From Anaeromyxobacter sp. (GTDB lineage Bacteria; Myxococcota; Myxococcia; Myxococcales; Anaeromyxobacteraceae), in contig JASGJN010000017.1 of NCBI GenBank assembly GCA_049840735.1, positions 1-64,000 of the forward strand: a stretch of DNA of 64,000 bases, in the 5' to 3' direction. The notes under the pieces were generated by a model. That model searched no databases, was not told where the DNA came from, and saw only the letters and a list, made by a program, of their open reading frames with translations. Both the position numbers and the translations under genes were made by a program. This document shows positions 49,154 through 57,602 of this stretch, in pieces (the stretch's first letter is position 1; each line of letters opens with the position of its first letter).

Positions 49154-49816
49154 TCAGCCCGCGGCCTTGACCTCGTCGTCGGTGGTGATGAGGTGGCCGG
49201 TCTGCTCGCGCTTCACCTTGAGATAGTTCACGTTGTGCGGGTTGGTGGGGGAGGGCAGCGGGATCCGGCCGCGGATGGTGATGCCGGCGTCCACCAGCCC
49301 CGAGACCTTCAGCGGGTTGTTGGTGATGAGCTCCACCGAGCGGACGCCCAGGAGGCGCAGCATCTCGGCGGCGACGTCGTAGCGGCGCAGGTCGTCCGGG
49401 AACCCCAGCAGCCGGTTGGCCTCGTAGGTGTCGTGGCCCTGGGCCTGGAGCGCGTAGGCGCGGATCTTGTTGCCGAGGCCGATGCCGCGGCCTTCCTGGC
49501 GCAGGTAGAGGACGACGCCGCGCCCCTGGGCGGCGACGTGATCCAGCGCGCGGTCGAGCTGCGCGCGGCAGTCGCACTTGAGCGAGCCCAGCACCTCGCT
49601 GGTGAGGCACTCGGAGTGGACGCGGACGTGTACGCCTTCACCGGACACGTCGCCCTTCACCATGGCCACGTGCTCGGCGCCGGTGCGCCGGTCCTTGAAG
49701 ACGATGGCGCGGAACTCGCCGCGCTCGGTGGGGAGCGGGGCCTCGGCGTACAGCTCGACGTTGCCGCGTGCCTCGGCGCTCTCGCCAGGGCCAGGGACAG
49801 CTCTCAGGTTGCGCAT
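49154..49816 (-). CDS. ribA: GTP cyclohydrolase II
   Basis: VRVHSECLT..SLKCDCRAQL, QEGRGIGL.NKIRAY, LITNNP.K. Confidence 0.96.
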   Translation of the reverse strand: MRNLRAVPGPGESAEARGNVELYAEAPLPTERGEFRAIVFKDRRTGAEHVAMVKGDVSGEGVHVRVHSECLTSEVLGSLKCDCRAQLDRALDHVAAQGRGVVLYLRQEGRGIGLGNKIRAYALQAQGHDTYEANRLLGFPDDLRRYDVAAEMLRLLGVRSVELITNNPLKVSGLVDAGITIRGRIPLPSPTNPHNVNYLKVKREQTGHLITTDDEVKAAG

Positions 49817-49940
49817 GCCGCGATGCTCCTCGCCGTCTCGTCGCTTGGCTCTTCGATGTGTGCGCAGGAGAACTAATGAGCCCCACTGACCGGGGTCAAG
49901 GCCATCGCGGGTTGAAGGGGGACCTGCGCGCGAGTGCGCG

Positions 49941-49969
49941 TTGACACCGCAGTTTCCGGCGGTTAGGTG
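49941..49969 (+). promoter_or_regulatory. Putative promoter of the MerR gene with internal dyad
   Basis: TTGACA-N17-TAGGTG with ACCGC-N8-GCGGT dyad across the spacer. Confidence 0.45.
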
Positions 49970-49977
49970 ACGGGCGG

Positions 49978-50577
49978 ATGCGCGCCGACCTTTCCTCAGG
50001 AGATCTCGCCCGGGCCACCGGCAGCACGGTCCGGACGATCCGTTTCTACGAGGAGGAAGGGCTGCTGAAGCCGGCCGTGGTGAGCGACGGCGGGCACCGG
50101 CGCTACACCGAGGACGACCTCGAGCGGCTGCGCCTCATCACCGATCTGCGCGAGCTGGGCCTGTCGCTCTGCGAGATCCGGTCGATCCTCGAGCTGCGCA
50201 GCGGCTGCCGCACGGCCGCCGAGTTCGCCATCCGGATCCAGCAGGTGCTGGGCGGCCACCTGGAGCAGGCGCAGCGACGGCTGGAGTGCCTGCGCCGGAT
50301 GAAGCGCGAGATGGTCGACGCGCTCGAGGCCATCCAGGACCGGCTCTCGTCGCAGGGCACCGAGCAGTGCCCGTGCGCGGTGGCCGAGGCCGACGGCGTG
50401 CCGCGCATCGTCCGCGTGCTGGCGCGGCAGCAGGGCTGCACCTGCGAGGCCCGGCACGAGCACGCTGGGCACGAGCACGCGCATCAGCCGGAGGCGGGCG
50501 GCGCGCAGCTGCTGGCCGACGACGGCATGGGCAGCGCCGCGGAAGCGCGTGACGCCCGGCGCGTGCACCGGCTCTAG
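49978..50577 (+). CDS. MerR-family transcriptional regulator with Cys/His-rich C-terminus
   Basis: SGDLARATG.TVRTIRFYEEEGLL..GGHRRY; CPC, CTC, HEHAGHEHAH. Confidence 0.9.
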   Translation: MRADLSSGDLARATGSTVRTIRFYEEEGLLKPAVVSDGGHRRYTEDDLERLRLITDLRELGLSLCEIRSILELRSGCRTAAEFAIRIQQVLGGHLEQAQRRLECLRRMKREMVDALEAIQDRLSSQGTEQCPCAVAEADGVPRIVRVLARQQGCTCEARHEHAGHEHAHQPEAGGAQLLADDGMGSAAEARDARRVHRL

Positions 50578-50703
50578 CGCCGGGCCGGGGCGGGTGGTTC
50601 GCCGTCGCCCGTAATCCCAACACGAGCGGAGCCGCGTCGGAGCGAAAAGCCCGAAAGCGCTGGGCCGCAGGGGATCCAGCCCCTCCGGCCCGTTCGCGCG
50701 CCT

Positions 50704-50731
50704 AGTTACCATAATCCATATTATCGGACGT
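50704..50731 (-). other. dif: Chromosomal dif site (XerC arm - 6 bp - XerD arm)
   Basis: Minus strand ACGTCCGATAA-TATGGA-TTATGGTAACT; compare E. coli GGTGCGCATAA-TGTATA-TTATGTTAAAT; intergenic, AT-rich, KOPS polarity flips here. Confidence 0.9.
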
Positions 50732-51397
50732 ACTGGGTGGGCGAGGGGAACGGGCTGGATCCGGGCCCGGATGCGGCTGGAAGCCGCCGGAATCGGGCCC
50801 CGGCCTCTATCCCGGTGGCCCCGTTACGCCTTCGGCTCGCCTTCCATCCCCGCGCGGCCTGAGCCTGTCGAAGGCCGCGGTCCCGATCGCCGTTAGGCTC
50901 CCGACCATGAGCGCCCCACACGTCCATCCCGTCCCCGTCCCGCTCGACGGACGCGCCGCGCGCGCGCTCGACCGCCTCGACTTCTCCGACGCCTACGCCG
51001 TCGAGCTGCCGCCCGGCGCCGACGCCGCCTCGGCGCCGCCCTGGGTCCTTGCGCCCATGGCCGTCCGCCACCTGGTGGTCGCGCCGCTCGGCCTCATCGC
51101 CAGCCCCGGCGCGCTCAGTCGCGCCGCCGTGGCCCAGAACCGGACCGGCGATCGCGTCGGAGCCTTCCCCGCCCAGGCGTGCGCGCGGCGAACTGCTGCT
51201 CGGCCTCGACGATCGGCGCCTCGACTTGCGATGCCGGCCAGTTCGGCGTGGTCACGATGCTGGTGCAGCTCAACGGCCCGCTCGGCCGGGCCTACTTCGG
51301 CGTGGTGAAGCTTCTCCACCGGATCATCGTCCGGGCCATGCTCCGGCGCGCCGCCCGTGGGGTGGACCGGCCCAGGTGATATCGATATCGACGGGGT
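50724..51397 (+). repeat. Copy 1 of ~0.7 kb imperfect direct repeat (dif arm + REP-like element + DUF2867-like gene)
   Basis: TCGGACGTAC(T/C)GGGTGGGCGAGGGGAA..GGTGATATCGAT aligns with 57603-58320. Confidence 0.85.
50907..51379 (+). pseudogene. Degraded DUF2867-like gene copy
   Basis: LDFSDAYAVELP..LLGLDDRRLD..LGRAYFGVVKLLHRIIV in three frames, with multi-base deletions relative to 57775-58302. Confidence 0.75.
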
Positions 51398-51696
51398 CCG
51401 GGAGGGCGCGCCGAGCCTCGCCGCTCACGGGCAAGGCGATCTTGATTCGGGAGGATGTTGTCACGGGCCTCCGGGGTCGCGGGACAGGGAGCGCCGGTCG
51501 AGCGCGGTCCGCCACGCCGCGCTCACGGGGACCGCTCCCCTTCCGCAAGGGATGTTGAGCGGGGAGGGGACCCAGCTCCCCTGCCCTTCCCTTCCTCCTG
51601 GGCGGCACATCGGGACGCGCCAGTGCGCGCTCCACCTGTCCACCGACAACGATCAGGAGCGCCTGTTCGGTGTATGAACAGGGGTAAGGGGGAACC

Positions 51697-52360
51697 ATGT
51701 TTCGAGTGAAGTTGCTGGCCCTGGTCGTCGTTGGCGTCATGTCACCGGGCGCGATGGTGCGAGCGCAGGGCAAGCCGACCGAGCAGGTCGAGGAGATCCG
51801 GAGGAGTACCTGGATCGAGACCATCCCGGTCGCTCTACCCGCCGGCGTGCCGCTGGCTGGTGTCGTGGGAACGGACGCCGATGGTTATCCGACCCAGTTC
51901 GTGGATCGGCCGGCGCTGAGGAGTCTGCTGCGCAATCGACAGTTCGCGGAGCTCACGGCCGCGTTCGAGTACTTCCAGGCCGAGTTCGAGCGTGACCCGC
52001 ACCGCGAGGTCTGGATGAGCGATGCGACCACGACGGTCGGCATGCCGCATCCGGTGGAGCTCGGGCTGATCGAGGAGTGGATCAAGACGACGCCTCGATC
52101 ATTCGCTCCCTATCTGGCCCGCGCTCGCTACGGTTTCGAGCTTGGATTCCTCTACCGCGGAGACCGGTTGGCCAAGGACACCTCCGCAGCCGAGTTCGCT
52201 GCTATGAAGCGGTCGTTCGCAAATGCGGAGCGTGACGCAAGGAAGGCGCTCGAGCTCAGGCCGCGACTCATCGAGGTCCGGAGCTTCATGATGAAGGCAG
52301 CCATCGCGCGCGGCGATCGGGCTGATGCAACCAGGTGGGTGGCTGAGGGCCTGCGCCAAT
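51697..52360 (+). pseudogene. 5' part of secreted DUF4034-like/TPR protein interrupted by a transposon
   Basis: Signal peptide; EEWIKTTPRSFAPYLARA..LYRG..AKDT; breaks at ..AEGLRQ, the left end of the transposon. Confidence 0.8.
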
Positions 52361-52586
52361 TGTTAGCGCGCGAGCCTGTTGAGGGTCGGAGGCCGGATTT
52401 CGCGCAGGCTGGCTGACGGGCGGGCCGGCAGCGCCATGTAGGTGCCCGCCGCCCAGCCTGCAAACTGGCGGTCACTCACGGTGATGGTAGTCGGTTTAGG
52501 TGGAGGCGGGGCGCTGGCGCGTCGCTGACCACAAATAGGTGACGGGGGCGTGCCGCAAACACGCACCCCGTCGTGCCCTGACTTAC

Positions 52587-53213
52587 TTGCTTGGAGGAAG
52601 CCAGAGCAGTTCTCGAATCGTCTACTTCCGCATCGACGTCAAGTCCTGGGCGGCCAAGCTCCCCACCGTGGACGAGGCGCGTCCGGGTCTCTGCACCGGC
52701 TGCGGCGCTGGTAGCCGGCCGGCCGGTGGTCGCCTGGTGCTGCACGGCCACGGGGTCCGGCGCCGGGATCAGTGGGGCCCGCCCGACGCGACCGCGCCGC
52801 CCCAGGTCACCGAGGTGATCGCCCGCCGGTATGCCTGCCAGGTCTGCGGAGCGGTGCTCCTGGTCGTGCCCAGCGGCGTCCAGCGGCGCCGGCTCTACTC
52901 GGCGCCGGCGGTCGCGCTGGCGCTCGCGGTCTGGAGCCTGGAGCAGCAGACGCCGGCCGCGGTCCGGGCCCGCGTCAGCCCTTGGCGGATCGTCGGGGCG
53001 GCGGCGGCGACACGCTGGACCTCGCTGCGGCGCTGGGCCAAGGCCATCCGCGCCGGGCAGCTCTTCCCGGAAGTCCGCGCCGCGCCGGATGGAGCCTGCC
53101 TCCGCGCCATAGCCGCCCGCGCCGCGACCACGCTGGCGGCCCTGGCCCCGTCGGTTGCTGACGGCCTCCCGCTCGCGACACGAGCCTTCCTCGGAGCCGC
53201 GCATGTGAGCTGA
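52587..53213 (+). CDS. Transposon ORF1: Zn-ribbon + HTH-like accessory protein (DUF6431-like)
   Basis: CTGC..LHGHG.RRR..RRYACQVC..VVP..RRLYS; start uncertain (TTG 52587 or GTG 52539). Confidence 0.75.
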   Translation: MLGGSQSSSRIVYFRIDVKSWAAKLPTVDEARPGLCTGCGAGSRPAGGRLVLHGHGVRRRDQWGPPDATAPPQVTEVIARRYACQVCGAVLLVVPSGVQRRRLYSAPAVALALAVWSLEQQTPAAVRARVSPWRIVGAAAATRWTSLRRWAKAIRAGQLFPEVRAAPDGACLRAIAARAATTLAALAPSVADGLPLATRAFLGAAHVS

Positions 53214-53342
53214 GGGCCATCGCCGCGACGGCGCTGGGGATCTCGCGCCCACCATCCGCGATCCCTGCCCCCGTCGGCGGCCACGTGGGAGGGCTCACGC
53301 TCGGCGGGCGCGGTGATCAGCGGCCGGCCGAGGAGGAGCCCG

Positions 53343-54701
53343 ATGACGAAGTCGTCCCCGAAGTCGCCCAAGCTCGCGCCGAGGGACCACGCAGAGGCGG
53401 TGGCCAGGTTCCGGGCGGAGCTGGTTGGCGCGCTCACCCGCCGCGATCTCGACCACGGACAGCTGCGCGCAGTGCTGAGGGCGCTATCCGCCGAGCGCTT
53501 CCGGCCGCCGGGGGCCGAGGTCACGAAGACGATCTCGTTCACCACGCTGGAGCGGTGGTTCTACGCCTACAAGCGCGGCGGCCTGGACGCCCTGCGCCCG
53601 GCGCCTCGAGGGGATCGCGGCCACGGCCGCGAGCTCTCGCCCGACCAGCGGACCCTGCTTCTCGACATCCGGCGCGAACACCCGTCCGCCTCCGTTCCCC
53701 TGATCCTGCGCACCCTGGTGGCCGACGGGCGCCTGCAGCGGGACGCCGTGTCGGAGTCCACCATCCGCCGCCTCTACCAGGCCAACGGCCTCGACCGCGT
53801 GCCACTGCGCGACGGCGCCGGCGAGCGGGTCCGGCTCCGCTGGCAGGCGGCCGAGCCGGGCGCGCTCTGGCACGCCGACGTCTGCCACGGCCCGGCGCTG
53901 ACCATCGGCGGCCAGTCCCGGCCGCTGCGGATCCACGCGCTCTTGGACGACGCCAGCCGGTACATCCTGGCCATCGAGGCCCGCCACACCGAGCGCGAGG
54001 CCGACATGCTGCAGCTGCTGGTGAAGGCCCTGCGCCGGCACGGTGCGCCCGACGTCCTCTACCTCGACAACGGCTCCACCTACACCGGCGAGGTGCTGCG
54101 GACGGCGTGCCCGCGGCTCGGGATCGCTCTCGTCCACGCCCAGCCGTACGACGCGCCCGCCCGCGGGAAGATGGAGCGGTTCTGGCGCACGCTGCGGGAG
54201 GGCTGTCTCGACCACCTGCCGCCCATGGCCTCGCTCCACGACGTCGAGGTGCGGCTCCTCGCGTTCGTGGACCGCCACTACCACGTGGCCCCGCACGCCT
54301 CGTTGATGGGACGGTCGCCGGGGACGGTCTACGCCGCCCGGACCCGCCTCGCGGACACCCTCGACGAAGCCAAGCTGCGGGAGGCGCTGACGGTGCGTGA
54401 ACGCCGCCGGGTCCGCCGCGACACCACCGTCTCAGTGATGGGCAAGGACTGGGAGCTCGACCAGGGCTTCCTCACCGGCCGCGTGGTGACGCTCGCCTAC
54501 TCGCTCCTCGACGGCGCGCCCTGGATCGAGCACGAGGGCCGGCGCCTCGATCTCCACCCCGTGGATCCGGTCGCCAACGCGCGCCGCAAACGCCTGCCCC
54601 GCAGGCCTGGCGAGGCTCCGACCACCACCACCGACTTCGACCCCACCCAGACGCTGCTCGACGCGGCCACCGGCCGCCGTCGCAAGGATGACGACCGATG
54701 A
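53343..54701 (+). CDS. DDE transposase/integrase (HTH + rve + Mu C-terminal-like)
   Basis: TLERW..YKRGGLDALRP..R.D HTH; WHADV, LDDASR, LYLDNGSTY, GKMERFWRT; GAGGAG RBS. Confidence 0.93.
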   Translation: MTKSSPKSPKLAPRDHAEAVARFRAELVGALTRRDLDHGQLRAVLRALSAERFRPPGAEVTKTISFTTLERWFYAYKRGGLDALRPAPRGDRGHGRELSPDQRTLLLDIRREHPSASVPLILRTLVADGRLQRDAVSESTIRRLYQANGLDRVPLRDGAGERVRLRWQAAEPGALWHADVCHGPALTIGGQSRPLRIHALLDDASRYILAIEARHTEREADMLQLLVKALRRHGAPDVLYLDNGSTYTGEVLRTACPRLGIALVHAQPYDAPARGKMERFWRTLREGCLDHLPPMASLHDVEVRLLAFVDRHYHVAPHASLMGRSPGTVYAARTRLADTLDEAKLREALTVRERRRVRRDTTVSVMGKDWELDQGFLTGRVVTLAYSLLDGAPWIEHEGRRLDLHPVDPVANARRKRLPRRPGEAPTTTTDFDPTQTLLDAATGRRRKDDDR

Positions 54702-55518
54702 AGGACTCGTACCTGACCGCCTTCGGGCTGCAGGAGCCGCCGTTCTCGAAGGAGATCGCCGATCAGGATCTTCTGGCTGCCGACGTCCAAGGCCGCCGTG
54801 GTGGAGGAGCTGGTGGACGCCGTCGAGGACCGGGCGTCGGTGCTCCTCACCGGCGAACCGGGCGTCGGCAAGACCTGCGTGCTTCGCGCCCTGCGGGCCA
54901 GGCTGCCGGCCGCCGGGTTCCGGCTCACCTACTGCCACAACGCGACCCTCGGCCGCCGCGACTTCTACCGCCAGCTCTGCCTGGCGCTGGGGCTGTCGCC
55001 CCACGCCACCGCGGCCGCCGTTTTCTACGCGGTCTCCACCAACGTGGAGGAGCTGGCCAAGGAGCGCGTCCATCCCGTCTTCCTCATCGACGAGGCCCAC
55101 CTGCTCCACGAGCAGATGCTGGGCCACCTCCACATCCTCCTCAACTACGAGTGGGATTCCCGGGCGCTGCTGTCGCTGATGCTGGTGGGACTGCCCGAAC
55201 TGAACGACCTGCTCCAGATGCGGCGCTACCGCTCGCTGTACTCCCGCCTGCACGTCCGGCTGCACGTGGACGCCCTCACGCCGGAGGACACCGCGGAGTA
55301 CCTCCGCTACCGGCTCAAGCGGGCTGGCGTGGACCGCGAGAATCTTCGCCGGTGACGCCGTCGCCCTGCTCCACGAGGCCGCCTCCGGCGGCATGCGGGA
55401 TCTCGACCGCCTCGCCACCGGCTGCCTCCGCGAGGCCGCCCGGCGGAAGCGGAAGTTGGTCGAGCGGGACATCCTGCCCCGGGTCTTGGACCGCGACCGC
55501 CTCGAGCGCGACACGTGA
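54698..55518 (+). CDS. ExeA-type AAA+ ATPase, transposition helper (frameshifts near 54771 and 55341)
   Basis: FGLQEPPFSK, GEPGVGKT Walker A, LIDEAH Walker B, LVGLPEL, SRL, YLRYRL; ATGA coupling to the transposase. Confidence 0.9.
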
Positions 55519-55904
55519 TCGTCTGCGGGCTGTGGGCGGCCCGCCGGCACCTCGTGGCCGTCCTGGTCGGCGACCGGGGCGAGCCCCGCCGCACGGTCCG
55601 CGCCGCGGGCACCGACGACGCCCGATTCGGCCTGCTGGAGTACCTCGCCCACGCCGGCGCCGAGCTGGTCGCCACCGCCGCGCTGGCCCAGGCCGATCCG
55701 CTCCTCGCCCAGGCCGCTCGCCGCGGCATCGCCGTCTGGATCTTGGACGACCAGCTCGCAGCAGCGCTCCTGGCCGCCGCCGGCATCCGCGACCCGGTCC
55801 GCGCTGCGGCCCTGCTGGCCCGCCTGCGGATCGTCCCGGCCTGGCGCGCACATCTGCGCCCTCTCACGCCGGCGATGCCGGCCCGGCAGCTTCCGCTCCT
55901 CTGA
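55515..55904 (+). CDS. Transposon ORF4: small protein resembling an inactivated IS110 DEDD/RuvC-like domain
   Basis: GTGA coupling to the ATPase; IVCGLWAARRHLVAVLVGDRG..RDPVRAAALLARL..LRPL; ends QLPLL. Confidence 0.65.
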   Translation: MIVCGLWAARRHLVAVLVGDRGEPRRTVRAAGTDDARFGLLEYLAHAGAELVATAALAQADPLLAQAARRGIAVWILDDQLAAALLAAAGIRDPVRAAALLARLRIVPAWRAHLRPLTPAMPARQLPLL

Positions 55905-56047
55905 CGCGGTGTAGCCATCACCCTGCGTGCACGCGACCCTGCCAAGCCAGCGATGGCCCTCGGCTTAGCTGCGCGCGCCCCTGTCAGGCAGGTGGTGCCC
56001 ACCAACCATGCTGACGGGATTCCCACCAATCAGGCTGCGCGGCAACA

Positions 56048-56687
56048 CCAATGCCCGACCTGCTACGAGATCCGCGCCGAGTGGGCCGGCTGGGTACTCG
56101 ACGACAAGTGGGGAGGCTCGCCAGAAGAGATCGAGGACTTCGTCGCGAAACATGCCAATCCAGCAGAGCGACGCCACCGCCTCCTGGCCGGCTTCGCGGA
56201 TTACGACCGAGCCGTCGTGCTGCAAATCAAGGACGATCCGGCCGCGCTCAAGGCCATCGAGCGTGCCTGCGCCGTGGGTGACGACTGGCGGTTCTTGAGA
56301 GAGCGAGCCGGCATCAAGCGGCGGCTCGGGGACAACGCAGGCAGGCTGACTGATCTGGATCGTGCGGTCGCTGCTCGTCCCGGAATCCCATCCACGCTTG
56401 CAGTCCGGGCCTGGGCGCTTGCCGATGCGAATCGATGGGAGGACGCTGGCCGAGACCTCCTCTTCGCGCTGCGATGTGAGCCGACCTCCAGGCGAGGCGC
56501 CGTGCTCTATCCTGGGATCGTTGCGAAGCTCAACGCACTCGGCTGGACTGCGCATCAGGAAGGCCGCTCGACCGAAGCGATCCGGATCTTTAGCCTTCTC
56601 CATCTGCTGGCCCCGCAGGACGAGCAGATAGCAAGCCGTGCGGCGGCCGTTCGCCTGTCGGGCGCTGGCGAAGCAGAGCGGAAGTGA
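56048..56687 (+). pseudogene. 3' part of the interrupted DUF4034-like/TPR gene
   Basis: QCPTCYEIR..KWGGSPEEIEDF then TPR-like helices; in frame with the 5' part after removing the element and one TSD (1299 nt, 432 aa). Confidence 0.8.
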
Positions 56688-57073
56688 AGGCTCCGCTGTC
56701 CCGTCGGCCGGGTGACGGGCTCAAACCTGGGGTGTGCTCTGCTGGAGCATTGAGGGTGCAGCGGCGGCAGTGGTCCCCGACGTGCGGGCGAAGGGCCGCC
56801 GCAGAGATGCGGGCAGGAGCTGTGCCGGGGGGCAGGCGCGCGGTTGGTAGCCCCTCATTGGCGGGAAGATGTACCCGCCTAGACGAGCGCGTCGACACCG
56901 TTCTCGCTTCCGAGGATCCCCTCGTACTCAAGCATCACCTCGAGGGCGCCGGAGCTCGCGCAGTGCGCTGCGGAGTTCCGTGGCGCGTGTATGCGGTGGC
57001 TGCCTGAGCCGCTGACCAGGGCGCACAGTTTCTGCGCTACTCTGGGAGCGCAGACCTCACGAAGGAGTAATCC

Positions 57074-57412
57074 GTGCGCTTTGCTCAGCCCCAGCCCGTA
57101 TCGAAGGAGGCAGCCGAGGCGCGACTGTCGAGCGGCTCGACGGAATCGGTGGCGGAGACGCTGGTCGCGCTCGCCTTTCATGAACCTGATCGCGCCTGGG
57201 TTCAGGACAAGTGCTTGCGGTTCGCCAAGGATGAGGACTGGCGAATCCGTGCGGTGGCCGCAACGTGCCTAGGGCATCTTGCCCGGATCCACAGGGCCTT
57301 GGACCTTGCCGTCGTCTGGCCTGTGCTGCTGAAGCTGCAGGAGGATGCGGACGTGCGTCCCTATGCGAACGACGCGCTGGACGACGTCCGAATGTTCGTG
57401 GGGCAGCCGTAG
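57074..57412 (+). CDS. Small HEAT-like helical protein, putative orphan toxin-immunity protein
   Basis: AAGGAG RBS + GTG; DRAWVQDKCL..RAVAATCLGHLARIHRALD..DALDDV; atypical codon usage. Confidence 0.6.
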   Translation: MRFAQPQPVSKEAAEARLSSGSTESVAETLVALAFHEPDRAWVQDKCLRFAKDEDWRIRAVAATCLGHLARIHRALDLAVVWPVLLKLQEDADVRPYANDALDDVRMFVGQP

Positions 57413-57602
57413 CCGCAACGGCTGCTCGGGGACCTGCGGACCCCCGCCCTATTGGGTAGCGCGTAAACGCAACACTGCGCACCCTAGGTGAACAGCAACA
57501 GGCCCCTCTACCGCGCAGCCTCTTCCATGCTTGGTTTGTAAGGGCCGGGGCCTATTCTGTTGAGTTGCATCGAGGCGCATCACCGCCCGAAACGGCCCAG
57601 AT

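Larger units (their letters stand above)
52361..56047 (+). mobile_element. 3687-bp Mu/Tn7/IS21-like DDE transposon with four genes
   Basis: Starts TGTTAGCGCGCGAGCCTG, ends CAGGCTGCGCGGCAACA; CCAAT duplicated at 52356-52360 and 56048-56052; removal restores the host ORF. Confidence 0.92.

Noticed and set aside
54760..55345. Programmed ribosomal frameshifting in the transposon ATPase
   Set aside because: No slippery heptamer; both shifts are at GATC like the artefacts elsewhere
56684..57007. 107-aa ORF coupled to the TPR gene stop
   Set aside because: No recognisable motif or coding bias; may be a remnant but cannot be supported
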